DNA from: Spirochaetota bacterium
GTDB taxonomy: Bacteria > Spirochaetota > UBA4802 > UBA5550
Reading direction: 5' to 3'
Assembly: GCA_025457915.1 (NCBI GenBank)
Contig: JALOTL010000005.1
Span: 68,852 to 132,851, forward strand
DNA: 64,000 bases
The position numbers and the translations under genes are program-made. This document shows positions 1-9,935 of the stretch, piece after piece. Under the pieces are notes generated by a model. The model was not told where the DNA came from. It saw nothing but the letters and a program-made list of their open reading frames with translations, and did no database searches. The first letter of the stretch is position 1, and every line of letters begins with the position of its first letter.

Positions 1-203
1 GGAATCAGTTCAAGGTCAATTCTCGCGGGGGTCTCCTTTTTCGGACGGTAAAGCTTAGCCAGTTCGAAGAACCTTGAGTCCCTGATGTCGGCCTGTCCGG
101 GAATGGGTTTTTTATGGTCGGCGGCCGCCGCCGGGGCGCCGGTAAGAAGCCCGAAGAGGGTTCTTTTCCCGGTCTGGGGCAGTCCTATAAGTCCCAGCTT
201 CAT
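1..203 (-). CDS. ychF: Partial ribosome-binding ATPase YchF (Obg-family GTPase), N-terminal 67 aa only; truncated by window edge
   Basis: Minus-strand translation from the ATG at 203-201 reads [22 protein letters not shown]...[29 protein letters not shown]. The G1 P-loop (GLPQTGKRT) and downstream pattern match the YchF/OLA1 N-terminus. Its ATG overlaps the MCP stop codon (ATGA). Confidence 0.55.
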   Translation of the reverse strand, partial: MKLGLIGLPQTGKRTLFGLLTGAPAAAADHKKPIPGQADIRDSRFFELAKLYRPKKETPARIDLELI

Positions 204-1759
204 TCAATTGCCGTTTCCTGGGTAAGGTCGTCAAGTTCCCTGATGATATCATTTATCGCCTTGGAGGAATCGCTTATTTTATGAGACAGGGAGACGATTT
301 CCTGGGCGGTTTTAGCTATGTCCATGGTGGTCTTGCTGGATTCGTCGGTCGAGATCTTCTGTTCATTGGTCGAGTTTTCTATGGTCTTGCTGGACTCGTG
401 GATCTTCACGTTAAGGTTTTTAATGGTCTTTATCGTGACCCCTATGTCGTTGATGAGGTCGCCGACCTGGGTTATCTCTTTCCTTATGAGCTTTATCGCC
501 TCGTTCAGCTTGTTGATTATGGCCGTTGACTGTTCAATTGATTTGTTGCTCTCGTCGATCAGGAACTGGTTTTCATGGATTATTTTTTCGATTTCCTTTG
601 CGTTGAGGGTCGTCGCGTCGGCAAGTTTTGAAATTTCGTCTGCGACCACGGCGAATCCCTTTCCATATTCGCCCGCCCTTGCGGCCTCGATCGCCGCGTT
701 CAATGAAAGCAGGTTCACCTTGTCGGCTATATCGTTGATGACCTGTACGAAGTTGGACATCTCGAGGCTCTTGTTTTTCAGTATGGTGAACTTGTCCTTA
801 GTGAGGTTTATCTGGCCCGTCGAGTTTTTCGAATGCTCGGTGACCTCGTTAAGCCTGTTTATGATCTCAACCGAGCTCACCTGGACCTTGTCGTTGACGG
901 ATTTCAGGTCGTTCACGGACTCCACGGTTATCTCGAGCTCCTGGTAAAGGGACCTTGCTATGGCCGAGATTGAATCCGAGTTGGAGGCGAGCTCCTCCAG
1001 GGAGGCGGATATCTGTTCCATCGCCGAAGCCTGGTGCTGCGATATGTCGTTCATATCGACGGATATCTTGTCCTGCTCGCCGGCCGAGAATTTCAGCACC
1101 TCTATGGAATTTATAATGGCCTTGACCAGGTGGCGGAGGCTTACCAGCGTGCGCTGTGATTCTTCGTGGGTCTCTATGGTCATTTTGAGGAGCCTCTTGG
1201 TCGCGCCCGCGCCCGTGGCCGCGCTTATTCCGACCATGAAATAAATGATGTATCTGACAAGGAGGTTGCTCGCCGGCCCTTCCGGTATGAGCTTCGGGTT
1301 CATCACCAAAATTACGGTCTGTGTGACTACTGCAACAAAAAGGGTGAAAATCGTTATTCCCATGTCGAAATAGAATACGCTCAGGGCCATGGCTATATAG
1401 GCCACTGCAAAGAGCTGGTTCGCGCCGAAGAATGTGTATTCAAAAATCCTTAGTGTTATCAATATGCCCATAGTGGTAATGTATCCGGAAGCTTTTTTGC
1501 CCCTGAAAGCCCTTGCTATGAGCATGGTTATTACTAGAATTGTACTGCAGACGACAAACTCGACCAGGATATCGAAATAGGTAAGGTACTGGGAACCCTT
1601 GCCTGTGAATTTGATCGCGGTAACGGCAAAATTGGCCAGTAAGAATATGACAAGAAAGGCGTAGATCTGCCTTTTGTTGTTGGCTATTATCACATCGCTG
1701 AAGATCCTTGATTTGCTGAGATCTTCGTTATTCATCTGGTGTTCTTTTTTTTCGTCCAT
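200..1759 (-). CDS. Methyl-accepting chemotaxis protein (two N-terminal membrane segments plus a cytoplasmic MCP signalling domain)
   Basis: Conserved MCP signalling-domain core, [31 protein letters not shown]. Coiled-coil heptad-rich C-terminal half and a hydrophobic N-terminal region. Confidence 0.85.
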   Translation of the reverse strand: MDEKKEHQMNNEDLSKSRIFSDVIIANNKRQIYAFLVIFLLANFAVTAIKFTGKGSQYLTYFDILVEFVVCSTILVITMLIARAFRGKKASGYITTMGILITLRIFEYTFFGANQLFAVAYIAMALSVFYFDMGITIFTLFVAVVTQTVILVMNPKLIPEGPASNLLVRYIIYFMVGISAATGAGATKRLLKMTIETHEESQRTLVSLRHLVKAIINSIEVLKFSAGEQDKISVDMNDISQHQASAMEQISASLEELASNSDSISAIARSLYQELEITVESVNDLKSVNDKVQVSSVEIINRLNEVTEHSKNSTGQINLTKDKFTILKNKSLEMSNFVQVINDIADKVNLLSLNAAIEAARAGEYGKGFAVVADEISKLADATTLNAKEIEKIIHENQFLIDESNKSIEQSTAIINKLNEAIKLIRKEITQVGDLINDIGVTIKTIKNLNVKIHESSKTIENSTNEQKISTDESSKTTMDIAKTAQEIVSLSHKISDSSKAINDIIRELDDLTQETAIE

Positions 1760-2080
1760 ATATATAAAGTCCCTGTTGTTATTAACGGCAGAGCGGCCAA
1801 AATCCTTTATTCGTGTATTATAGCATTATATTAAATATTTTATATCCGACTGTTCAGTTTTCAAGCATTTTTTAAGCTGCCTTTGATTAATTCAAGGGGT
1901 TTAAAGTTCGTTTTAACACGGTGATCATATTTATGGAATTAACATCGTCGTATCGGTGCGCATGAGAATCATTTATGACCGCATCAAAATGTATCTAAAT
2001 TGATATAAAAATATGATTTTATTTTGTTGACAATATGCCGCAATTATTTGAAATTTCCGGGCGATTGATATAAGAATGTA

Positions 2081-3343
2081 ATGGAAAAGGTAATAACAAC
2101 AAAAAAAATTCCCTTTAGCGGGAAACAACTGGGGGAAATAATCTCAAGATATCCCACGCCCTTTCATATCTATGATGAAAAAGCTATTGTGGACAATGCC
2201 GTCAGGCTGAAAAAGGCGTTTTCCTGGGCGCATGGATTTCGGGAATACTTCGCGGTCAAGGCCCTTCCCAATCCCCATATAATGAAGATTTTCAGCGATA
2301 TGGGTTTCGGGGCGGACTGCAGCTCCATGGCGGAACTGATTCTTGCCGAAAAAGTGGGAATCAGCGGGGAATCGGTTTTTTTCAGTTCTAACGATACTCC
2401 CGCTGACGAATACGTCAAGGCCGCAGGCATGGGCGCGATAATTAATCTCGATGATATAACCCATGTGGGATTTCTCGAAGAAAACGCCGGACTGCCCGAC
2501 CTGATATCCTTCAGATACAATCCCGGGCCCCTGAGGGACGGAAATGCCATCATCGGCAAACCCGAGGAAGCCAAGTACGGACTTACCAGGGAACAGCTTT
2601 GCCGGGCATATGAGACCGTGAGGGGCAGGGGGGTAAAAAGATTCGGGCTTCATACAATGGTTGCGTCAAACGAGCTCGATCCGGAATACTTCGTTGATAC
2701 CGCTGAGATGCTGTTCAACCTGCTGCTGGATATCAATTCCGATCTTGGAATAAAGTTTGAGTTTATAAACCTTGGCGGAGGATTCGGCATACCTTACAGG
2801 CCGGAACAGAAACCGCTCGATATTGAATATATTTCTGAAAAAATAAAGGCCCTTTACGATGAAAAAATATCCGGTAACGGACTTCATCCTGTCAGGATCT
2901 ACATGGAAAGCGGAAGGATGATGACCGGGCCGTACGGATACCTGGCAACAAGGGTGATACACAAGAAGGAAACCTATAAGAATTACATAGGGCTTGATTC
3001 CAGCATGGCCAACCTGATGAGGCCCGGCATATACGGCGCGTATCACCACATAACGGTCCTCGGCAAGGAGGACTGGCCGTGCGATCACGTATACGACGTT
3101 ACCGGATCACTTTGCGAAAACAACGACAAGTTCGCGATCGACAGGCCGCTTCCCGAAATCGAGATCGGGGACATACTCGTGATACACGATACCGGCGCGC
3201 ACGGCCATGCAATGGGCTTCAACTATAACGGCAAGCTCAGATCCGCGGAGCTGCTTCTCAGGCCGGACGGCAGCGTGAAGCTTATACGCAGGGCCGAGAC
3301 CATCGAAGATTACTTCGCGACGCTGGATTTCGGAGGACTTTAA
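2081..3343 (+). CDS. lysA: Diaminopimelate decarboxylase (Orn/DAP/Arg decarboxylase family 2, PLP-dependent)
   Basis: N-terminal TPFHIYDE motif and a C-terminal block ANLMRPGIYGAYHHI...GSLCENND...HDTGAHG...LIRRAETIEDY that aligns with E. coli LysA (NDLMRPAMYGSYHHI...GPLCESGD...LIRRRQTIEEL). 420 aa. Confidence 0.75.
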   Translation: MEKVITTKKIPFSGKQLGEIISRYPTPFHIYDEKAIVDNAVRLKKAFSWAHGFREYFAVKALPNPHIMKIFSDMGFGADCSSMAELILAEKVGISGESVFFSSNDTPADEYVKAAGMGAIINLDDITHVGFLEENAGLPDLISFRYNPGPLRDGNAIIGKPEEAKYGLTREQLCRAYETVRGRGVKRFGLHTMVASNELDPEYFVDTAEMLFNLLLDINSDLGIKFEFINLGGGFGIPYRPEQKPLDIEYISEKIKALYDEKISGNGLHPVRIYMESGRMMTGPYGYLATRVIHKKETYKNYIGLDSSMANLMRPGIYGAYHHITVLGKEDWPCDHVYDVTGSLCENNDKFAIDRPLPEIEIGDILVIHDTGAHGHAMGFNYNGKLRSAELLLRPDGSVKLIRRAETIEDYFATLDFGGL

Positions 3344-5016
3344 TCGTTTCCGGTAACCTGGAGGTATTCTTTAATCTTGTCCCTTATTGACTGCGGCAGC
3401 TTGATCCCTATGGCCTTCAGCCGGGCCTCGTACTTGTCGAATGACCTGAGGTGCTGCGACGTGGTCACGAAAATCTTGAAATAGGACCTTATGCTTCCTT
3501 CCATCTCCTTCCTGAACTCGATATTTTCATTGAGAATGTCCTCGATCGGTGCTATGACCTTGTAATTGATGGGCCTGCATATTGACCTGTAGGCGACGAA
3601 CCTCTGGGTCACCTCGCATTCGTAATTCTGCGTTATAATGCTTTGCTCGACAATGTTCAGGTCTATGCAGTCTATTACCTCGAACTCGTAGCTGTCCCCG
3701 AGGCTGTCCTTTATCATCTGGACTGCCTTTCTGTAGTAATCGCACTGCTCATACAGGTCCGGGCACTTGGCCCCGCATCGAAGATAAAGGACTATGTCTA
3801 TATCCGAGCTTTTCTGCGATATGCCCAGGTTGACGGATCCGACGATGTCCATGGCTATGTTGTCGAATTTGCCCTTCATCAGCTCCACCGCCTTTTCGAG
3901 TTTGTCCAGCCTTTCCTCCGTTTCCTGGGTCTGGAACATGCGGTAGAAGTTTTTTATGTCCTTGAAGAGTTCAATCTCGGGGATGTGGTGGTATTTGTTT
4001 ATTTTAAGGTCGTAGTTCTCTTCCAGCTTCCTGGCGTTGTGCCTCTCGAGGTCTATGATGTCTTCCGCCCACTTCCCGTTTTTCCTGGTGTTCTCAACGA
4101 TGTCGTGGATCCTGTCGTTGGCCAGCTTTTTAAGCAGCACCCTTTCGATCTGGCCGTTTCCGGCGGTTTCGATCTGGTAGAAGAACCCGCCTTCGGAAAC
4201 CTCGCCCTTTATCGTGGTGACCTCTCCGAAATTGGACGGGTTGAGATGGATGCATCCCTCCACTTCCTTGAAGCCCCAGTCGTTGTGTATGTGGCCGGTG
4301 AGAAGCAGCTTTACCGGGTTGTTGTCGCAGAAGGTGCGCAGCGCGGGCGATCCGGAGGGCCCCTTGAACGAGAGCCTGTCGTGAATTCCGTGAGCCGGCT
4401 GATGAGCGACTATGATGTCCGGCTTCACCGCCTTGAAGAACATGTACATCTCGTTTTTCCGGTCGTTTACCCCAATGCCGCCGTTGTAGCTCACTATGTA
4501 TCTCTGGGGTATTCCCATGGTCCATACGTCTGCCCCGCCGTATCCCGCCATTTTTATTCCGTCAAGATCGTGCCAGTGCAGGTGGAGGTCCCTCTCGTGC
4601 AGGGATGTGTATTTGAGGTCCATGTCGTAGTTCCCGGGAAGGGCGAACAGCCTCGCGGACTGCTTGAGTGATATCATGTTTTCAAGGACCTTGTATTTCT
4701 GCTGCATCACCCTCCTTGCCCTGATCGTGTACTGCTGGTAATCGCTGCCCTTCTCTATGATTTCCTCTGGGACGTTGGGGAAGTCCAGGAGGTTGTCCAC
4801 GAAATCCTCCAGCACCATGTCTTCCTTGTCCATTTTTTTTCTCAGGTTTTTCAGATAGGTCTGCAGGTCGTGATACTGGATCGCCGTATCTATGTTGTAA
4901 AAAGGTATGTCTATCAGGTCGCCGGCAATTATGTATACGTCCGCGACCGTTTCGAACAAAAGAATGGAAACCTGACTGAATGAGCCGTGGATGTCTGTGA
5001 AATATATGATTTTCAT
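3340..5016 (-). CDS. Fusion protein: N-terminal calcineurin-like metallophosphoesterase plus C-terminal minimal nucleotidyltransferase (Pol-beta superfamily) domain
   Basis: N-terminal metallophosphoesterase motifs: FTDIHGS, GDLID, LPGNYD, and GHIHNDWGF as the GH[IV]H motif. The C-terminal ~200 aa carry the nucleotidyltransferase signature GSVNLGISQKSSDIDIVLYL (hG[GS]-x9-13-DhD) and a downstream acidic residue (EFEVIDCIDL). Confidence 0.65.
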   Translation of the reverse strand: MKIIYFTDIHGSFSQVSILLFETVADVYIIAGDLIDIPFYNIDTAIQYHDLQTYLKNLRKKMDKEDMVLEDFVDNLLDFPNVPEEIIEKGSDYQQYTIRARRVMQQKYKVLENMISLKQSARLFALPGNYDMDLKYTSLHERDLHLHWHDLDGIKMAGYGGADVWTMGIPQRYIVSYNGGIGVNDRKNEMYMFFKAVKPDIIVAHQPAHGIHDRLSFKGPSGSPALRTFCDNNPVKLLLTGHIHNDWGFKEVEGCIHLNPSNFGEVTTIKGEVSEGGFFYQIETAGNGQIERVLLKKLANDRIHDIVENTRKNGKWAEDIIDLERHNARKLEENYDLKINKYHHIPEIELFKDIKNFYRMFQTQETEERLDKLEKAVELMKGKFDNIAMDIVGSVNLGISQKSSDIDIVLYLRCGAKCPDLYEQCDYYRKAVQMIKDSLGDSYEFEVIDCIDLNIVEQSIITQNYECEVTQRFVAYRSICRPINYKVIAPIEDILNENIEFRKEMEGSIRSYFKIFVTTSQHLRSFDKYEARLKAIGIKLPQSIRDKIKEYLQVTGND

Positions 5017-5170
5017 TTTTTAAGCGCCTGTTTTCATCAATAACAGAATGTGTTTTTAAAAGTGATGCGTCATTTATTCGTCCTATAACTTAATCTAATT
5101 AGAATATCCATATTTATCAAAAAAGAATCAAAAAAACATTTTAAAAACAAAATTTATCGTTCCCGGGAAT

Positions 5171-5200
5171 AAAAAAACGCCCTGCAGGGCGTTTTTTTTT
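5171..5200. terminator. Bidirectional rho-independent terminator (A-run, GC hairpin cgccctgcagggcg, T9)
   Basis: aaaaaaacgccctgcagggcgttttttttt lies downstream of the minus-strand OMP gene (5222..5788). Confidence 0.7.
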
Positions 5201-5221
5201 ATAAAAGATATATTGTAAAAT

Positions 5222-5788
5222 TTATTTTTCGCCCATTTTATACACAACCCCGAGGTTCAGATGAAAAGATACGTTTCCGCCGTGGGCGTAATATCCGCCG
5301 GCTCCTCTCATCAGGTAGCCGCCCCTCAATGCCCCGTCGACCAGGAATGCGGCTGATTCGTTGATATTGATGTTGACGCCGATCGCGAAACCGAGGCCCG
5401 CGTTGACGCCGTGGAAGCCGTCTTTAAAACCAACTCCGACATGAAACTGCGGGCCGAGCCAGAACCTGTAGCTTTTCGTCTGGGACATGGTGAATCCAAA
5501 GGTGTGAACGGTCCTGAACATGAAAGCGGTATAGCTGGCAGTTCCCCCGTCTGTATCCATTCTGTCATTCCATGCCTCCAGCCCCAGGTTGAGACGGTAG
5601 TTGAAATCTTTTTTAGTGACATTGGTGTCGAACACAAGGCCGCCGCCGCCATTAATTGCGAAAGTGTCCGGGCTGAAGTTTTTACTGCCTCCTACTGTGC
5701 CGTAAATCCCGATGCCTGAAGCCATTGCGGAATTGGCAAGGAGTAGAATAAATATGAATGAGACGGAAAGTATAAAGAATCTTATCAT
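5222..5788 (-). CDS. Small outer-membrane beta-barrel protein (OmpA-like/OmpW-like fold) with signal peptide
   Basis: Signal peptide MIRFFILSVSFIFILLLANSAMA. Alternating hydrophobic/Gly-rich beta-strand pattern and a C-terminal ...VVYKMGEK. Confidence 0.55.
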   Translation of the reverse strand: MIRFFILSVSFIFILLLANSAMASGIGIYGTVGGSKNFSPDTFAINGGGGLVFDTNVTKKDFNYRLNLGLEAWNDRMDTDGGTASYTAFMFRTVHTFGFTMSQTKSYRFWLGPQFHVGVGFKDGFHGVNAGLGFAIGVNININESAAFLVDGALRGGYLMRGAGGYYAHGGNVSFHLNLGVVYKMGEK

Positions 5789-6022
5789 ATATCCTCCATA
5801 TTTTTTTTATATTTAATTTTTAACTGTATTGAATATTGAATAATTATTGTCAATAATTAAAACACTCAATGACAACCCGGTTCAGATGATCGCATGTTTA
5901 TCATTATCATCAGGGGCGGTTATTATTTTTATAAATTTTTTTATCGTTACGACATGTCCGGAATTGATATACTTTTTAAGCTAAATTTTTTATTTTTTTA
6001 TTGACGCAAATGGTATATATTA

Positions 6023-6052
6023 TTACTATATCAATATATCTTGATATAGTAA
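6023..6052. promoter_or_regulatory. Perfect 12-6-12 palindromic operator (TTACTATATCAA-tatatc-TTGATATAGTAA) immediately upstream of the ArsR-methyltransferase regulator gene; putative SahR box with an overlapping sigma70-like promoter (TTGACG at 6001)
   Basis: Exact reverse-complement half-sites read directly from the sequence. The palindrome ends 3 nt before the ATG at 6056. Confidence 0.55.
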
Positions 6053-6055
6053 TAT

Positions 6056-6973
6056 ATGAAGCTGATTAATTTATTCAAGGCTGTTTCAGATGAAACGAGG
6101 TTCAGGCTGCTGAATCTTTTGTCCCGCCACGAACTCAATGTCAATGAGATCGTTGATTTGATGGGGATGGGACAGTCCAGAATATCAAGGCATCTGAAGA
6201 TCCTTACCGAAGGCGGATTGCTGAAATCAAGGAAAGACGGGCTCTGGGTTTTTTACAGCGCCGTGGATGAAGGAAACGGGAGGCGTATTCTTGACGCGAT
6301 CCTGCCGATCATCGGGTCCGAGAGGGAGATGTCCGATGACCTGCGCAGGCTTGAGGATTTTCTCAAGGAAGGGTCCCGGATAAAGGAAAGATTTTTCGAT
6401 GAACTGGCCCCGGACTGGGACAGGGTGAAGGGCGAAATCACCGGCGGTCTTGATCTTGCAGGCGAGGTGGTGTCGAGGATAAGGGAATGCGGTACGGCGG
6501 CCGACCTGGGATGCGGTACGGGCCATCTCCTTCCCTGTTTGAAAAAGAAGGCCGGCAGGGTGATAGGCGTGGACAAGTCCCCCAGAATGCTCGAGGAGGC
6601 GAGGGCGAGGCTCTCTTCGAATGGTAGCGGCATCGAGCTCAGGCTCGGAGAGTTAGAGCACCTCCCGATGAGGGACGGCGAATCGGACCTCGCGGTCATA
6701 AACATGGTGCTCCATCATCTCGAGACGCCTTCCGAGGCGATAAACGAGGCGGCCAGAGTGATAAAAAGCGGCGACTCGCTTGTAATCGTCGAGCTTGACA
6801 AGCACGGGAACGAAGAGATGAGAAAAAGGTTCGGCCACAGATGGCTCGGATTCACGGTCAATGAGGTCTCGAGATGGCTTGCCGGGGCCGGGCTGAAGCT
6901 TAAAAACACGGTTTCACTTGATGCGAAAAAGGAAATGAAGATAAATCTGTATTTTTCTGAGAAAAGGTCCTGA
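6056..6973 (+). CDS. sahR: ArsR-family HTH regulator fused to a SAM-dependent methyltransferase-like domain (SahR-type SAH-responsive regulator of the methyl cycle)
   Basis: N-terminal ArsR wHTH ([11 protein letters not shown]...[22 protein letters not shown]) and a C-terminal class I methyltransferase fold ([10 protein letters not shown]...[15 protein letters not shown]). It sits directly upstream of ahcY, as SahR does. Confidence 0.7.
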   Translation: MKLINLFKAVSDETRFRLLNLLSRHELNVNEIVDLMGMGQSRISRHLKILTEGGLLKSRKDGLWVFYSAVDEGNGRRILDAILPIIGSEREMSDDLRRLEDFLKEGSRIKERFFDELAPDWDRVKGEITGGLDLAGEVVSRIRECGTAADLGCGTGHLLPCLKKKAGRVIGVDKSPRMLEEARARLSSNGSGIELRLGELEHLPMRDGESDLAVINMVLHHLETPSEAINEAARVIKSGDSLVIVELDKHGNEEMRKRFGHRWLGFTVNEVSRWLAGAGLKLKNTVSLDAKKEMKINLYFSEKRS

Positions 6974-7053
6974 ATAAAACGTATGTTCAGGCGGGATACC
7001 GGAATGCATTAGCGCGCTTGGAATATTATGATATTATTATTATGGAGGAAAAA

Positions 7054-8496
7054 ATGAACATTAAAATTTCAAACGGGATACTTGAGCTTGACAGGGGCAT
7101 CAAATACAGTGTTGCCGATATGGATCTTGCGGATTGGGGCAGGAAGGAGATCACGCTTGCCGAAGCTGAAATGCCGGGTCTTATGTCGGTGAGGAAGAAA
7201 TACGGTCCGCAAAAACCCTTGAAGGGCCTCAGGGTCGCCGGCAGCCTGCACATGACGATACAGACGGCCGTTCTCATTGAAACGCTGAAAGAGCTCGGCG
7301 CGGACGTCAGGTGGGCCTCATGCAACATTTTTTCAACGCAGGACCATGCGGCGGCGGCCATTGCCGCGGCCGAAACATCGGCGGTTTTCGCCTGGAAGGG
7401 TGAGTCCCTGGAGGAATACTGGTGGTGCACGGAACAGGCCCTTACATGGCCGGACGGTTCGGGACCGAACCTCATAGTGGACGACGGCGGCGACGCAACG
7501 CTGATGATTCACTGGGGCGTGAAGATAGAAAAAGACCCCTCTCTTCTCGAAAAGAAGTACGATAACAAGGAATTCAGCATCATCATGGACAGGTTGAGGG
7601 ACGGATACAAAAAGAATCCGAAAAAATGGACCTCGATCGTAAAGGAAGTCAAGGGTGTTTCGGAGGAGACGACAACCGGGGTGCACAGGCTGTATCAAAT
7701 GGCGAAATCCGGCGAACTTCTTTTCCCGGCCATAAACGTAAATGACTCGGTCACCAAGTCCAAATTCGACAACCTCTACGGCTGCAGGGAGTCGCTTGCG
7801 GACGGCATCAAGAGGGCGACCGACATAATGGTGGCCGGAAAGATCGTAATCGTATGCGGATACGGAGATGTAGGCAAGGGCTGCGCCCAGTCCATGAGGG
7901 GCTTCGGCGCGAGGGTCCTGGTCACGGAAATCGATCCAATCTGCGCCCTACAGGCCGCCATGGAGGGATACGAGGTTACGACGATGGAAGATGCGGTTTC
8001 CGAAGCCGACATATTCGTAACGGCAACGGGCAACCTGGACGTAATCTCCGGCGATCACATGGAAAGGATGAAGGACGGAGCGATAGTCTGCAACATCGGC
8101 CATTTTGACAACGAGATAGACATGAAGTATCTCGAGAGCAATAAAGCATGCAGAAAGGAAACCATCAAGCCGCAGGTCGACAAGTGGACGCTCAAGTCCG
8201 GCAGGTCAATAATCGTTCTCGCAGAGGGAAGACTGGTGAATCTCGGCTGCGCGACCGGTCATCCAAGCTTCGTGATGTCGAACAGCTTTACAAACCAGAG
8301 TCTGGCGCAGATAGAACTGGCCACTAAAAAACATGATATTAAAGTATATACCCTTTCAAAGGAGCTTGATGAGGAGGTCGCAAGGCTTCACCTGGGCAAG
8401 CTCGGGGTAAAGCTCACCGCACTTACGCCGAGACAGGCTGAATATATCGGCGTGAAAGTTGAGGGACCGTACAAACCCGATCATTACAGATACTAA
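7054..8496 (+). CDS. ahcY: Adenosylhomocysteinase (S-adenosyl-L-homocysteine hydrolase)
   Basis: Strong AhcY sequence throughout: [18 protein letters not shown]...[15 protein letters not shown]...[14 protein letters not shown]...[10 protein letters not shown]. The ORF opens at 7018, but the GGAGG Shine-Dalgarno at 7043 favours the ATG at 7054 (MNIKIS...). Confidence 0.9.
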   Translation: MNIKISNGILELDRGIKYSVADMDLADWGRKEITLAEAEMPGLMSVRKKYGPQKPLKGLRVAGSLHMTIQTAVLIETLKELGADVRWASCNIFSTQDHAAAAIAAAETSAVFAWKGESLEEYWWCTEQALTWPDGSGPNLIVDDGGDATLMIHWGVKIEKDPSLLEKKYDNKEFSIIMDRLRDGYKKNPKKWTSIVKEVKGVSEETTTGVHRLYQMAKSGELLFPAINVNDSVTKSKFDNLYGCRESLADGIKRATDIMVAGKIVIVCGYGDVGKGCAQSMRGFGARVLVTEIDPICALQAAMEGYEVTTMEDAVSEADIFVTATGNLDVISGDHMERMKDGAIVCNIGHFDNEIDMKYLESNKACRKETIKPQVDKWTLKSGRSIIVLAEGRLVNLGCATGHPSFVMSNSFTNQSLAQIELATKKHDIKVYTLSKELDEEVARLHLGKLGVKLTALTPRQAEYIGVKVEGPYKPDHYRY

Positions 8497-8511
8497 AAAA
8501 ACGCAAAAAAA

Positions 8512-8541
8512 TCCCGCCCCGTCAGGGCGGGATTTTTTTTT
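8512..8541 (+). terminator. Rho-independent terminator after ahcY (cccgccccgtcagggcggg plus T9)
   Basis: GC hairpin followed by a T-run directly downstream of the ahcY stop. Confidence 0.75.
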
Positions 8542-8599
8542 CTATGAAAATTACATCCCGTAATTTTTTTCCGGAATGCGGACAAAGGGGATAACTGCT

Positions 8600-9052
8600 T
8601 CATTTAAGCTTCGGGAGATACTTTTCAAGGTCCTTTGCTTTTACCTTGGAGCCCTTGATTTTTTCGAGTCCGTCAAGGTCGAATTTTAGCAGGAAATCCC
8701 TGAGTTTATCTGTGTTCTGGTAATCCTTGTTTGAGCTGTCGGCTATCAGCCTGATTTCCATCCTGTCATTGACAAGGATCCATATGAAATGATCCCTGCT
8801 GATGCTGGCCGGGTGTTTGCCGATTTTATCCGACGAGTTTTTATATCCCTTGATGATGTTGTCATTTCCTTTCTGATCGAAAACCTGGAACCACATTACT
8901 GTTTTCTTGTCCGGTTTTTTTACAACGTTAACCTGAAGCCAGTCGCCGGTGATCATGCCCGAATACTCAAGATCCGCAAGGCCCGCCTTTTTGCATGAGA
9001 AGAGAGAAAATGCCAGTGCCAGCATCATAAAATACAAAGCTGTTTTTTTCAT
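8600..9052 (-). CDS. Hypothetical lipoprotein
   Basis: Lipobox LFSC at the end of the signal peptide (MKKTALYFMMLALAFSLFSCKK). No recognisable domain. Confidence 0.45.
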   Translation of the reverse strand: MKKTALYFMMLALAFSLFSCKKAGLADLEYSGMITGDWLQVNVVKKPDKKTVMWFQVFDQKGNDNIIKGYKNSSDKIGKHPASISRDHFIWILVNDRMEIRLIADSSNKDYQNTDKLRDFLLKFDLDGLEKIKGSKVKAKDLEKYLPKLK

Positions 9053-9306
9053 GGTTCCTCCATTCGGATGAATTACCGTTATTACGGCAGTTTTTTAAAT
9101 AATCATAAACCAGGGCTGATATCAATTGATTTTTTCATTATTCCGCATTGCCGAAAGTATCATAACGTTACCACCCATAAATGAAAATTTTTTATTGCAT
9201 TAATAATCACCTTGTTCATATTGCATGAGTGATTTTTCATTTGTTCAGGACATTATCATCTTTTGATGACTTGATTTTGTCTGGTAATTAATTTCAGGGG
9301 TATGTC

Positions 9307-9735
9307 ATGAGACTGTTCGGTTCCGTTTTAATGATTTTTATAATGGGGTGGATTGTGACGTTATCCTGTAATTCAGGCCGGAATTCCGCAAATGATGGTA
9401 CGGTAAAGGAGCATGAACTTCCTGAAAGGGCGCGAAGAGACTGGATGTTGATAAAGAACGAATGGATGAGGAACTGTTATCCGGAATGCATTAAAGAGTT
9501 CGGGCTGAAAATGAAATGTTCAGGATGCGAGTACGTGTTCATAAGGGTGGAACTTTCCGTGGATACTGATGGAAGACTGGCAGGGTACAGGAAAATCAAG
9601 GACAACATATGCGGGAAGAATGCGACAGTATCGCAGGAGGAGTGCCTTTTGAAGCGTTTGAAAGGAATGGTCTTTCCGCGAAGCCTCAGGGGAATGAAAT
9701 TCGAAGCAGTGCTCGGAACAGGGCTTTCGTGCTGA
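9307..9735 (+). CDS. Hypothetical Cys-rich lipoprotein
   Basis: Signal peptide plus lipobox (VTLSCNSG). Eight cysteines, including CSGCEY. No recognisable domain. Confidence 0.4.
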   Translation: MRLFGSVLMIFIMGWIVTLSCNSGRNSANDGTVKEHELPERARRDWMLIKNEWMRNCYPECIKEFGLKMKCSGCEYVFIRVELSVDTDGRLAGYRKIKDNICGKNATVSQEECLLKRLKGMVFPRSLRGMKFEAVLGTGLSC

Positions 9736-9935
9736 GAATTATTTTATAGTCCCGTTTTTATATTAAATCAATTTGATCAAATACCCTTCAATTTAAATAA
9801 ATTTGTATGATATAATTTTTATATATATTATATAATATTATATATAAAAAATAATTATATAATCTGAATTTTAATATTGACAAAAAAAAATAGCCTTCTC
9901 ACTTATTCTTTTTTTAACTCTATTGATGCAACAAT

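Noticed and set aside
318-947. Long ORFs antisense to annotated genes (for example 318..947 +, 3643..4671 +, 34437..35213 -, 54118..55137 -, 57015..57767 -, 45239..45979 -)
   Set aside because: Each lies wholly inside a gene with strong, recognisable family signatures on the opposite strand. Their translations are low-complexity with no motifs. They are typical shadow ORFs.
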